NCBI GenBank assembly: GCA_965140585.1
Contig: OZ223269.1
Coordinates: 448,001-512,000, forward strand
Length of the DNA: 64,000 nt
Direction of reading: 5' to 3'
Source: Spirochaetia bacterium
GTDB taxonomy: Bacteria > Spirochaetota > Spirochaetia > UBA9216
The notes beneath the pieces were generated by a model. It did not search any database and was not told where the DNA came from. It worked only from the letters and a program-made list of their open reading frames with translations. Both the position numbers and the translations under genes were made by a program. Numbering within the stretch: position 1 is the stretch's first letter; every line of letters starts with the position of its first letter. Shown piece after piece: positions 48,494 through 58,530 of this stretch.

Positions 48494-49034
48494 TATGTTG
48501 AAAATAGGAAGCAAGCTCGCTCTTATATGTGCTGTTTCAGCATTCCTTCTCGGGATTGTAAATATGATAACCGAACCGCAGATTGCCAAATTCAGGGCAG
48601 AAAAGCTGAAAGCAGCTCTGGAGCAGGTATCACCCGGCGGAACCATCGGAGAACTCACTGAGGCAGGTGAGCCGGTTGTTATGAGCTATTACAAGACAGA
48701 GGATGCAGGGGAGACTACCGGTTATATCCTGAATCTCAAGGGTTCGGGATACGGCGGCAACCTGATAATTCTTGCAAGCTACAAGCCGGACGGCTCTGTG
48801 CACGGAGTTGTTCTCATGCAGGATGAGGAAACACCCGGTCTTGGAAAAGAAGCTGAAAAATCAGTTTATATGGAAAAATACCTCGGTTTCAGCGGGAATG
48901 AAATTCCGTCCATGAAAAATCAGCTTGAACAGGCTGATGCCGATACAATTTCAGGTGCAACTATAACCTTTGCCGGAATTGGCAAGGCTCTTATCAGTGG
49001 CTCCGAATATGTTAAAAACAAGGAGGGCATGTAG
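48486..49034 (+). CDS. rnfG: Rnf complex subunit G
   Basis: GYGG, ETPGLG, DTISGATIT (FMN site). Confidence 0.94.
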   Translation: MNSMLKIGSKLALICAVSAFLLGIVNMITEPQIAKFRAEKLKAALEQVSPGGTIGELTEAGEPVVMSYYKTEDAGETTGYILNLKGSGYGGNLIILASYKPDGSVHGVVLMQDEETPGLGKEAEKSVYMEKYLGFSGNEIPSMKNQLEQADADTISGATITFAGIGKALISGSEYVKNKEGM

Positions 49035-49661
49035 ATGCTTAAAGAATTCACCAAGGGTATCTTCAAGGAAAACCCTGTATTTGTACTTGCCCTCGGACTC
49101 TGTCCCTCTTTAGGTGTAACTTCGAAGGTTATTAATGCCCTGGGTATGGGCGCAGGGGTTATTTTTGTACTTCTGGGTTCAAATATCTTTGTTGCGCTTC
49201 TGAAAAACTTCATACCGGGAAAGGTCAGAATACCTGCCTATATCGTAATTATTGCATCCTTTGTTACAATAGTTCAAATGGTGATGGAAGCGTTTATTCC
49301 GGCACTCTATGAGGCGCTCGGAGTTTTCGTTCCTCTTATTGTTGTAAACTGTGTAATTCTCGGACGTGCTGAAGCTTTTGCGAACAAGAACACTGTGGGC
49401 GCATCAATTATAGACGCGCTTGGCATGGGTATAGGATTTACACTTTCACTCATTCTTATAGCCCTTGTACGTGAAGTATTAGGTGCAGGAACAATTACCC
49501 TGGTGCCTGTCGGAGGCTGGGATGGAATTATTTCAATTCCCGGACTGTCAGCATCACCCGCCAGAGTCTTCACCCTGGCTGCAGGAGCATTGCTTGTTAT
49601 GGGATATCTTCAGGCCTTCTTCATCTGGTACGGCATGAAAAAATCAGGAGCTGCAAAATGA
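49035..49661 (+). CDS. rnfE: Rnf complex subunit E
   Basis: ENP...LGLCP.L, RIP, PLIVVNC.ILGRAEAFA. Confidence 0.95.
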   Translation: MLKEFTKGIFKENPVFVLALGLCPSLGVTSKVINALGMGAGVIFVLLGSNIFVALLKNFIPGKVRIPAYIVIIASFVTIVQMVMEAFIPALYEALGVFVPLIVVNCVILGRAEAFANKNTVGASIIDALGMGIGFTLSLILIALVREVLGAGTITLVPVGGWDGIISIPGLSASPARVFTLAAGALLVMGYLQAFFIWYGMKKSGAAK

Positions 49662-50248
49662 CATATGTTGGCATAATAATAACCTTTGTTTTTATAAATA
49701 ACTTTATTCTTACTCAGTTCCTGGGACTTTGTCCCTTTATCGGAGTTTCAAAGAATGTAGAATCTGCCATAGGAATGGGTTTTGCTGTTACATTTGTTAT
49801 GTCTATTGCGGCTCTTGCAACCTGGGCAATACAGAATTTCATTCTTGTTCCGCTGCATATCGAGTTTCTTCAGACAATTTCATTTATTCTGATGATTGCT
49901 GCTCTTGTTCAGTTTGTTGAGATGTTCGTTCAGAAATCATCTCCATCTCTATACAAGGCTCTTGGTATCTACCTTCCCCTGATTACTACAAACTGTGCAG
50001 TACTCGGTATCGCGCTCATAGCAGTTCGAAGCAACTATAATGCAATAGAGAGCTTTGTTGCCGGACTTGCTGCAGGGCTTGGTTTTCTTCTTGCAATTCT
50101 TCTAATGTCTACGATCAGGGAAAAGCTTGACTCTGAATGGGTTCCAAAACCGCTTAGAGGTACACCGATAGCATTTATTACCGGCGGACTGATGGCACTT
50201 GCTTTTATGGCTTTTGACAAAGCACTGCTAAATAATCTTATAGGCTAG
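49658..50248 (+). CDS. rnfA: Rnf complex subunit A
   Basis: NN..L.QFLGLCPF.GVS, LPLITTNCAVLG. Confidence 0.95.
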   Translation: MTYVGIIITFVFINNFILTQFLGLCPFIGVSKNVESAIGMGFAVTFVMSIAALATWAIQNFILVPLHIEFLQTISFILMIAALVQFVEMFVQKSSPSLYKALGIYLPLITTNCAVLGIALIAVRSNYNAIESFVAGLAAGLGFLLAILLMSTIREKLDSEWVPKPLRGTPIAFITGGLMALAFMAFDKALLNNLIG

Positions 50249-50256
50249 GAGAGAAT

Positions 50257-51066
50257 ATGATCGACAGAGTAATATACGCCTTTTTATCAGTTGGAGTTCT
50301 GGGCGGACTTCTGGGAATTGCGCTTGCCTATGCCGCAAAGATATTTGCAGTAAAAAAAGATGAAAGAATCGAACAGGTTGAAGAAATCCTTCCCGGTGTT
50401 AACTGCGGAGCATGCGGATACCCCGGCTGCTCAGGATATGCGGAAGCCATTGTTAAAGATGATGTTGAAATTACACGCTGCAGTCCCGGCGGACCCGATG
50501 TTGTAAAAAAGATTGGCGAGCTCCTGGGAGTTTCAGCAGATGTTTCCGGTGAGAAAATGGTTGCTCAGGTTCACTGCAGAGGAACCGCTGCAACAAGTAC
50601 CAGGAAATACGAATACAACGGACTTGATGATTGTAATGCAATGCATTCTTCATTCGGCGGAGACAAAACCTGTCCTCACGGATGTCTTGGACTGGGCAGC
50701 TGCATCAAGGTTTGTCCCGTTGATGCAATAGTAAAAACTGAAGCCGGATGGCTTGATATTGATAAAGACAAGTGCATTTCATGCGGAAAGTGTGTAGATG
50801 TATGTCCTACCGGTGTTATCAAAATGATACCATACAGCGCCTCTCATATTGTAGCCTGCAATTCCACAGATAAAGGCGGAGTTGTAAGAAAGTACTGTTC
50901 AGTCGGCTGCATTGGGTGTAAAATGTGTGATAAGAAATCTCCCGAAGGGGGATTCCGCGTAGAGAATTTTCTTGCTACTATAGATTATTCATCCGCGGGG
51001 AGCAGGTTTGAAGCTGTCGAAGTGTGCCCTGCCAAATGTATTATCGATCTGGATGCTGCTGAATAG
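50257..51066 (+). CDS. rnfB: Rnf complex subunit B
   Basis: LPGVNCGACGYPGC, several ferredoxin CxxCxxC motifs. Confidence 0.95.
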   Translation: MIDRVIYAFLSVGVLGGLLGIALAYAAKIFAVKKDERIEQVEEILPGVNCGACGYPGCSGYAEAIVKDDVEITRCSPGGPDVVKKIGELLGVSADVSGEKMVAQVHCRGTAATSTRKYEYNGLDDCNAMHSSFGGDKTCPHGCLGLGSCIKVCPVDAIVKTEAGWLDIDKDKCISCGKCVDVCPTGVIKMIPYSASHIVACNSTDKGGVVRKYCSVGCIGCKMCDKKSPEGGFRVENFLATIDYSSAGSRFEAVEVCPAKCIIDLDAAE

Positions 51067-51095
51067 GGAGGGGTAGTAGCCGGAGACAACAGGTA

Positions 51096-53102
51096 GTGAA
51101 GAAAGTCAAATTAATTATAGGAACCGTTAATAACGGTTCCGCATCTTTTACAGAAGAAAAACTCAATCAGGTTTATGAAAATTCATACCTCCCTTTCCTC
51201 AAACTGATCCACGACTGTAAAATACCTGTAACCATGTATTACAGCGGTGAACTTATGTCCTGGATAATTGACAAACATGCGGGAATGCAGATGCTCTTTA
51301 ATGATCTTTTCAGGGAGCGGAAGATCGAAATCCTCGGCGGCGGGTACTATTCTCCTCTTTTTTCTCTTATTCCGAGAAAAGACAAGGTTGGACAGATTGA
51401 ACTGATGACTACCGAGCTGCGGCGCAGGTTCGGAAAGCGTCCCAGAGGCATGTGGATAACAGAAAAAGTCTGGGAACCCTCAATGCCTATGACGATGAAT
51501 TATGCAGGCATGGAGTATACATTTCTTGATGAAGAATTCTTTGAGGATGCCGGTTTATTTAACGGGGAACTCTATCAGCCGTGTATGACTGAAGATCAGG
51601 GTAAAAAAATCATTGTAATACCCCTGTCTAACCGAATACTAAGCCAGTTTCCGATATCTACACCTGAAGAGATAGTTTCCTCTATTCTCGAATGTCGAAG
51701 TGAGAAAGAAGAACGCATTGTCAGTTTTCTTCTGAGAGGAGAAGATCTCGATTTTTTAAAGGGTGCCGGGGATAAAATTAGACGCATATTTGAACTTATT
51801 GGTCAAAACAGCCGGAAAATTGATGTTCAGCTCCCCGGTAAAATTACAAGGAGTCTGGGGCCGCTTAAAAAAGTGTATTTCGGATGTGTTTCTCCAGGTG
51901 ATGTCGGCCGCTGGTCAGGACCGGTTTACCGTGATCGGCTGGATTATGAAGAAGGCTGGTCCGATAAATATGAAGATACCTCACTCGCAATAAACCCTGT
52001 TAACAACCAGAGTTTCTTCAGACACTTTCTAGCTAAATATCCGGAGAGTAATAACCTGTATTCAAGGATGATTAACATCCATTATCTTATTTCACAGCTT
52101 CGGGGAGACAAGCAGAGAAAGAAAAGCGCTGAAAATGAACTCTGGAAGAGTCAGAATCATATAGCATACTGGCACGGCGGAGGCGACCCCGGCATTTACT
52201 CATCAGATGCAAGGGCCAAGGCTTATACTGCTCTGATAGAGGCCGACAAGTATTCTAGAGAACGGGGTGTCTTTAAAACAAGTCTTGTTAAAGATGACTT
52301 TGATTTGGATGGTGTAGAAGAACTTATTTACCGCGGACCCGGAATGAATGCCTTCATCCATTTAAACGGAGGTATGATATTCGAACTTGATTACCTCAGG
52401 GTTTCATATAATTATGTGGACACTATGGCAAGGCATCATGAATGGTATCATAGCGCTGATGAAGTAAAAGACTGGTACACAAGAAATGCATTTGTCGATC
52501 ATTTCCTTCATCCTGATGAAAAGCTCCAGAATTTCTATGAAATGAAATACCGTGAAGCCGGTGATTTTCTTTCAGCACCCTACCGGATTGAGAAATATAA
52601 CAGGGATAAGAAAACCGTTCTTTTAGTAAGAAATGGAAATATCAGTACAAAGAAAAACCGTTTTCCTGTAATCCTGAAAAAAGAATACAGTTTTAAACGA
52701 AACAGCGTTATCGTTGACTATGAAATAATCAATAAATCCGAAGATGTTTTAAATACCGTTTTCGGAACAGAAATCAACCTGTCCTTCGGCGATCCGTACA
52801 GCTGCGGCGCAGAGTTCAAGCTTTTAAAAACTGACAGTGAAACAGTTCCTGAAGGTGAGGTATTCAGCGACAGCGGAGTGACAGAGATTCAGGTAAACGA
52901 CATTAAAAGGAAGACCGGTATTTCGCTGAATCCTGATATTCCCTGTTCACTTTGGGCATTTCCGGTAAAAACTCGTACAGGAACCGGAAAAGAAGTCGAG
53001 GAGCTGTATCAGTCATGCTGTTTTCTTCAGAAATGGGAACTTACCGTTAGTCCCGGAAAGAGCTGGAAGAACCGGGTTCAGCTCCGGCTTGAACGAAGTT
53101 AA
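51096..53102 (+). CDS. GH57 4-alpha-glucanotransferase-like protein (degenerate)
   Basis: EILGGGYY.P, GMWITEKVWEP, YTFLD, KYPESN, YWHG, DFDLDG.EE; C-terminal beta-domain. Confidence 0.8.
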   Translation: MKKVKLIIGTVNNGSASFTEEKLNQVYENSYLPFLKLIHDCKIPVTMYYSGELMSWIIDKHAGMQMLFNDLFRERKIEILGGGYYSPLFSLIPRKDKVGQIELMTTELRRRFGKRPRGMWITEKVWEPSMPMTMNYAGMEYTFLDEEFFEDAGLFNGELYQPCMTEDQGKKIIVIPLSNRILSQFPISTPEEIVSSILECRSEKEERIVSFLLRGEDLDFLKGAGDKIRRIFELIGQNSRKIDVQLPGKITRSLGPLKKVYFGCVSPGDVGRWSGPVYRDRLDYEEGWSDKYEDTSLAINPVNNQSFFRHFLAKYPESNNLYSRMINIHYLISQLRGDKQRKKSAENELWKSQNHIAYWHGGGDPGIYSSDARAKAYTALIEADKYSRERGVFKTSLVKDDFDLDGVEELIYRGPGMNAFIHLNGGMIFELDYLRVSYNYVDTMARHHEWYHSADEVKDWYTRNAFVDHFLHPDEKLQNFYEMKYREAGDFLSAPYRIEKYNRDKKTVLLVRNGNISTKKNRFPVILKKEYSFKRNSVIVDYEIINKSEDVLNTVFGTEINLSFGDPYSCGAEFKLLKTDSETVPEGEVFSDSGVTEIQVNDIKRKTGISLNPDIPCSLWAFPVKTRTGTGKEVEELYQSCCFLQKWELTVSPGKSWKNRVQLRLERS

Positions 53103-54338
53103 TCAATCATATTTGCGCATTTTAGTGAACAGACTGTCTATCCACGGCCTTGATTCAATATAGAACTTGTCCTGGGCCTTGAGAAAGGCCTTGAACGAGT
53201 TATTATAATCCTCAAGAAAGTAATAGACCTGACCAAGATAAAAACTTGCTGATGCTTCAATATCACGGTCTCTGCGTATTTTCTGAAAATCAATAAGTCT
53301 TAGTTTTGCAGCCTCGTAATCCCCGCCGGAGAATTCTGAATTTAGAATTGCGGAAAGAATAGCCCGTTCACTTCCCTGTGCAGGATTTCGGTCCTGTTTG
53401 AGAATAACCGGTTCAATTACATCAGTTGCCGGAAGACTGATTCCCCTTAAAAGCATGGAAACTGCAGCTTCCGTAGATGTTGAGATATCTTTCTTCTCCG
53501 GAACTATATCAATGGCTGAAGTTGATAGCTCACGTCCGGTCTGAAATCCGCGGCTTAGCGAGAGGTAGGGAAGAGGTCTCGGTCTTGATATTACAGTCTT
53601 AGGCAGGCCGACACGTTCAGTATTTCTGAGTGTGATTTCAACGGGTACAGAGGTAAAGTTTTCTCCTGCTTTGAAAATGAAATTACCTGTTTTAATCAGA
53701 TTTGAATCTATGATACCGTAATAGTATCCGATACCCGGAACCGGATAATCAGTATATGAGCTGGCGGAACCCTGAATAGTTGCTATCAGGTTTGCTGCAA
53801 GCAGATCGTCACGGGACTCGATCGGTTCGGTATTCCTGTATACAAAAAGTTCAGATGCAGGTTTGCTTGAGCGGAATGAAAGCTGTATAGCTTCTTCTGT
53901 AGCCCAGGCTTTCAGGCTTGTGATAAGGGAAGGACTATTATCCTTGATCTTTTCAGCTATTCTTGCACCCTTGGTTGTTAAATTCCTGAAAGGAATAAAT
54001 ACTTCATTAAAATTACCGTCAGGTTCTTCCATGAAAACAGCATAATAGTAGTCGGTTCTGCTGTATGGCGGGAAATCTTCGTAATATTCAATATCTTTTG
54101 CTACACGTGCTATTTTAACTGCGGAAGACAGATTTTCGGAAGTAATCTGAACTGTATTCCGGTAGATTATACAAAGACCGTCTACATCATCTGTGTCATT
54201 CCAGGTCAGGGTTATACTGTTATCTCCCGATTCAGCCTTAAGTCTCGAGACAAACGGAGTAAAGATGGAATTTTCCTGACTGAATAGAGCGGAACATGCG
54301 ATTGTAAGTAAACTGAGCAGAATAATACTCTTTTTCAT
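53103..54338 (-). CDS. Exported hypothetical protein (FN3-like repeats + C-terminal TPR)
   Basis: Signal peptide; two repeats of LTW/LSF...YRNT..I...Y.D.P...YYY; FYLGQVYY. Confidence 0.7.
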   Translation of the reverse strand: MKKSIILLSLLTIACSALFSQENSIFTPFVSRLKAESGDNSITLTWNDTDDVDGLCIIYRNTVQITSENLSSAVKIARVAKDIEYYEDFPPYSRTDYYYAVFMEEPDGNFNEVFIPFRNLTTKGARIAEKIKDNSPSLITSLKAWATEEAIQLSFRSSKPASELFVYRNTEPIESRDDLLAANLIATIQGSASSYTDYPVPGIGYYYGIIDSNLIKTGNFIFKAGENFTSVPVEITLRNTERVGLPKTVISRPRPLPYLSLSRGFQTGRELSTSAIDIVPEKKDISTSTEAAVSMLLRGISLPATDVIEPVILKQDRNPAQGSERAILSAILNSEFSGGDYEAAKLRLIDFQKIRRDRDIEASASFYLGQVYYFLEDYNNSFKAFLKAQDKFYIESRPWIDSLFTKMRKYD

Positions 54339-54390
54339 ATCTTATATTATATTCGGTCTAATCCGGCATACACCATAGGAAAAAGAGGGT

Positions 54391-54419
54391 TTGACATAAA
54401 AAAAATATCTTTCTAAACT
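54391..54419 (+). promoter_or_regulatory. Strong sigma70 promoter, predicted TSS at the cas2-like ATG
   Basis: TTGACA-17 bp-TAAACT-6 nt-ATG. Confidence 0.75.
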
Positions 54420-54425
54420 GTATCA

Positions 54426-54698
54426 ATGTTCGTATCAGTAGTATGTGATATTGCCGACGGCGGCCACAGAGATCAGGTTTTTGATTATCTTCGCCGATAC
54501 GGTTTTAAGAGTGTTATAGAGAACACCTTTGAGAGCACTTCAATAAGCGAGAAGGCTCTTCAGCGGCTGAAATGGGATATAGATAAATCCACTGATTTTT
54601 ATGATAAAATCAGGTTTTATCAGTATCCTTTTGAGGGAACTATGGTAATATCATTTCTCAACGAAAAGAAATGGAAAAAATCAGTTATTAAAACATAG
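54426..54698 (+). CDS. Orphan Cas2-like (Cas2/VapD fold) protein
   Basis: 90 aa; MFVSVVCDIAD (Asp8), LRRYG...ENTFE, DKIRFY all fit the Cas2 pattern. Confidence 0.7.
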   Translation: MFVSVVCDIADGGHRDQVFDYLRRYGFKSVIENTFESTSISEKALQRLKWDIDKSTDFYDKIRFYQYPFEGTMVISFLNEKKWKKSVIKT

Positions 54699-54717
54699 CA
54701 GACAAACGGGAGGCTTT

Positions 54718-55822
54718 ATGCTGCAGGATATAGACTCAGAGCTTGTTCAGCTCGAAAAAAAGATATCAGAAACTTGGAGGCATCTTTGACCCGGACAAGC
54801 TGAAGTCACAGATAGCCGAATTTGAAAAACAGACTGCCGACGAAAATTTCTGGAATGACCGTGAAAATGCAGAGAGAGTACTTGGCGATATGAAGCGAAT
54901 CAGGGGCAGACTTGAACCCTGGGAGCAGATTAAAACCGAGGTTGAAGATGCAAGGGAACTTTATACGCTGGCAGTTGAGGAAGAAGATGAATCCCTTGAA
55001 ACGGAAATTAAATCAGCGGTAGATGCCATAGCATCCCGTTATGAAAAACTTGAAATTCTTGAGCTTCTCGGTGATAAATTTGATTCAAATAATGCATTCC
55101 TTACTATACATTCCGGTGCCGGCGGAACTGAGGCCTGTGACTGGGTTAATATGCTTTACCGTATGTATTCAAGATGGATTGAAAGACATGATTTTAAATT
55201 CAGTCTGCTTGATCTCCTTGAAGCGGAAGGCGGCATAAAATCTGTTACTGTTCAGGTTTCAGGCGATTATGCTCATGGATACCTCAAGGGAGAATCGGGA
55301 ATACACCGGCTTGTAAGAATTTCTCCATTTGATTCAAGTGCCAGACGCCATACTTCATTCGCCTCTGTATATGTATCACCTGTGATTGAAGATGATATTG
55401 ATGTCGATATAAAACCGGATGATATCCGTATTGATACATACAGGGCTTCCGGAGCAGGCGGCCAGCATGTTAACAAGACCGACTCTGCAGTACGAATTAC
55501 TCATATTGCTACAGGTATTGTAGTGCAGTGTCAGAATGAACGCAGTCAGCATAAGAACAAAGCTAATGCAATGAAAGTTCTGCGTTCCAGGCTTTATGAG
55601 CACTATCAGGCTGAGCAGGAAAAAGAGAATGAAAAGCATGCCCAGGAAAAAAAAGATATTTCCTGGGGAAATCAGATAAGATCATATGTCTTTCATCCCT
55701 ACAACATGGTAAAAGATCACAGAACCAGGCATGAAACCGGAAATATTCAGGCGGTGATGGATGGAGACCTCGAAAAGTTTATAGAGGAATTTCTTAAATG
55801 GAACTGGGCGCAGAAAAACTGA
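54718..55822 (+). CDS. prfB: Peptide chain release factor 2, programmed +1 frameshift
   Basis: ATG 54718 gives MLQDIDSELVQLEKKISETWRHL, then CTT TGA C at 54784-54790 with internal SD GGAGG; SPF and GGQ motifs. Confidence 0.97.
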
Positions 55823-56217
55823 CGGACGGACTGCTCTCACGTGGTGTGATGATAGTCGATGATCTATCGTTTATGAGAACAGTAATACGTGAAATACTTG
55901 AAGAGGCATCAATTCCGGTTGCTGATGAAGCTGAAAACGGTCTTGAATGCCTTGAAAAATATTACAGCAATCCGGTTGATATTGTTCTGCTTGATATAAC
56001 CATGCCTGTAATGGATGGGCTGGAAGCACTTGAAAAGCTGATGAAAATTGACGGTAATGTCAAAGTTATAATGTGCTCTGCCATGGGACAGGATAAGTTT
56101 ATCATAAAGTCGATTCAGCTCGGTGCCCGGGATTTTATAGTAAAGCCTTTTAAACCGGAAAGAATACTTTCTGCAGTAAGGAAAGCTGCCGGGTATAATG
56201 AAAAATCAGTTAACTGA
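55798..56217 (+). CDS. Single-domain response regulator (CheY-like)
   Basis: IVDD..FMR, LLDITMP.MDG, MCSAMGQ, FIVKPF. Start uncertain. Confidence 0.9.
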   Translation: MELGAEKLTDGLLSRGVMIVDDLSFMRTVIREILEEASIPVADEAENGLECLEKYYSNPVDIVLLDITMPVMDGLEALEKLMKIDGNVKVIMCSAMGQDKFIIKSIQLGARDFIVKPFKPERILSAVRKAAGYNEKSVN

Positions 56218-57646
56218 AATGCGAAAACTCATTACGCTTTTACTGATGCTGTTTTCAGCAGCTGTCAGCCATTCTCTTGATCTGGAGCAGTCCCTGGCAG
56301 TTGGAATAACCGAATTCAGCTACACAGGCTCTTCCGGAAATGCATATCTTTCTTCAGCTCTTCCGGCGCGGATATATGAGAAAATCAGTATAACTGAAAG
56401 CCGTTTTGCCGGTCCTGCTGAACTTGGTCGAATGGCTCGCGAAGAGAAGTCCGAAGAGATTAAGCTTGCCCAAAAAGAACTTGAGACTCTCTATTCAGAG
56501 AGAGATCAATTTCTCTTTTCCGGCTCAGCTCAGCTTGATTTTAAAAACAGTCTTATCGAAAAAGATGAAAAAATCAGTGAAAAACTCGAACAAATTAATT
56601 CTCTGAATCTGGAATATACATCTTTTGAAACAGCACCTCTTTATAACCGGACAGCCGGGTTGAATCTTGAGTTTAAAAGGCCGGATGAACACAGTTTTTA
56701 TAAATTAAGTATTGATGAAGAGGCAACAGCTGATAAATACGACCTGGATTTTATACTCAGCGGAAATATAGAAGCTGTTGATGAGCTTGTTTATCTGGAT
56801 ATGATTATCTGGTATCGTTTCACGGAAGCTCCTGTTTACAGTTTTAAAACAGCAGTACCGGCTGCCGATATCTTTAATATTATCGACAGGCAGGCAAACC
56901 GCATTATTTCAGCTCTCCGTGATCGGGAATGGTCGCTTCTGACGCTGCGCAGCAACAGCAATGCAATGATCTATATCGATGATAATTTCAGCGGGATCTC
57001 TTTTATTTCAGATATAATGCTTCTGCCGGGAGCCCATAAAATTAAGGTTAGAATGCCGGGCTTTAAATCTGAAGAGAGGGTTATAAACACCAGTCCTGAT
57101 GAAAGACTTGAATATAATCTTTTTCTGAATGAACAGCTTGAGAAGGAATTTATCATCCAGACTTTCCCGCAGCATGCTGATATATATAAAAATTCTGTGT
57201 GGGAAGGCGAGTCTCCGGTCAAAATAACCGTAAACGAATTTCCAGCCACAATTATGATAAAAAAAGAGGGTTATAAAGATCAGATTTTCTTTGTTCATGA
57301 AAACGATCAGTCTCTTATGAACATCAATCTTAATTCTTCAGCTGCAGATGATGAGCTTCACATACAGAAGAAAAAGTCTGCATTTTATGGAAGTTTCGGT
57401 GCTGCACTGCTTTCAATTCCGCTTACCATGATGTCATATTCAGCTGTTGAGCAGTCTACTTTGGCCTACAACACCGAGCTGGCGCTTGAAAATTCCGATC
57501 AGTCTGTTCTGAATGACATCATTGCGCTTGAGTACGCGCAGTACGCTGTTTATCTGGGCTGTACAGGGCTGAATGTTTTTCTGATTTTTGATACAATAAT
57601 TAAAGCTGTTGATTATATTAACAGTGTTGAAATGTCGATCAAGTGA
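56198..57646 (+). CDS. Exported PEGA-domain protein
   Basis: Signal peptide; PEGA-like repeats (AMIYID...PGAHKI...PGFK; ADIY...GESP...KEGY); hydrophobic C-terminus. Confidence 0.75.
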   Translation: MKNQLTEMRKLITLLLMLFSAAVSHSLDLEQSLAVGITEFSYTGSSGNAYLSSALPARIYEKISITESRFAGPAELGRMAREEKSEEIKLAQKELETLYSERDQFLFSGSAQLDFKNSLIEKDEKISEKLEQINSLNLEYTSFETAPLYNRTAGLNLEFKRPDEHSFYKLSIDEEATADKYDLDFILSGNIEAVDELVYLDMIIWYRFTEAPVYSFKTAVPAADIFNIIDRQANRIISALRDREWSLLTLRSNSNAMIYIDDNFSGISFISDIMLLPGAHKIKVRMPGFKSEERVINTSPDERLEYNLFLNEQLEKEFIIQTFPQHADIYKNSVWEGESPVKITVNEFPATIMIKKEGYKDQIFFVHENDQSLMNINLNSSAADDELHIQKKKSAFYGSFGAALLSIPLTMMSYSAVEQSTLAYNTELALENSDQSVLNDIIALEYAQYAVYLGCTGLNVFLIFDTIIKAVDYINSVEMSIK

Positions 57647-57657
57647 TGAGGTAAATT

Positions 57658-58530
57658 TTGGCAGTTAACGGACTAGGTGCTAAACTTAAAAAACTATTCA
57701 GCGGTTCAGGCTCTGACGAAGAGTTTTATGAAGATCTTGAAGATCTTCTTATAGAAGGGGATATAGGCGCTTCTACCGCTATGGAACTCAGCGATATGCT
57801 GAAAGATAAATTCGGAAAAAAATGCAGGGCTTCAAAGGATGAGGTAACAGGATTTCTTCAGGAGAAACTGCAGGAAATGATAAAGACCGGAATGCCGGTA
57901 ATAGAGCCTTCCAGACTTAATATAATCCTTGTTCTAGGTGTGAACGGTGTAGGTAAAACCACAAGTATAGCTAAAATGGCTGATTTCTACCGGCGTGAAT
58001 ATGAGCTTGAGGCTGTTTTAAGTGCCGGTGATACTTTCAGGGCGGCAGCAATTGATCAGCTTAAGCTGCACGGTGAAAGATTGAATTTAAGAGTTATTCA
58101 CCAGCAGCCGGGTTCAGATCCGGGAGCTGTTATATATGACAGTATTGAAAGTGCTGTTTCAAAGGGTGAGAAACTGATAATAGCAGATACTGCCGGACGT
58201 ATGCACAATAAAGCAAATCTTGTGAAGGAGCTTCAGAAGATTGATAAAATAATTGCAAACAAGGCACCTGATGCTAACTACCAGAAAATACTGGTAATTG
58301 ATGCAACAACCGGTCAGAACGGTTTCAGGCAGGCGGAACTTTTTAGTGAGGCGGTAAAGGTGGACAGCATAGTGCTGACCAAGTATGATTCCACTGCTAA
58401 AGCAGGTACTGCTGTTTCAATATCCACCAAACTGGGTATTCCATTTGCTTTTATGGGCACAGGCGAAAAATACAGCGATTTTGCTGAATTTGATAAGAAA
58501 AAGTTTGTAGAGAATATGCTCAGGGAATGA
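57658..58530 (+). CDS. ftsY: Signal recognition particle receptor FtsY
   Basis: GVNGVGKTT, DTFRAAA, DTAGR, DATTGQN, TKYD, GTGE. Confidence 0.96.
   Translation: MAVNGLGAKLKKLFSGSGSDEEFYEDLEDLLIEGDIGASTAMELSDMLKDKFGKKCRASKDEVTGFLQEKLQEMIKTGMPVIEPSRLNIILVLGVNGVGKTTSIAKMADFYRREYELEAVLSAGDTFRAAAIDQLKLHGERLNLRVIHQQPGSDPGAVIYDSIESAVSKGEKLIIADTAGRMHNKANLVKELQKIDKIIANKAPDANYQKILVIDATTGQNGFRQAELFSEAVKVDSIVLTKYDSTAKAGTAVSISTKLGIPFAFMGTGEKYSDFAEFDKKKFVENMLRE

Noticed and set aside
53103-56217. CRISPR array or cas operon around the Cas2-like gene
   Set aside because: No regularly spaced repeats and no cas1/cas3/cas9-like ORF; flanking intergenic gaps are under 90 nt.
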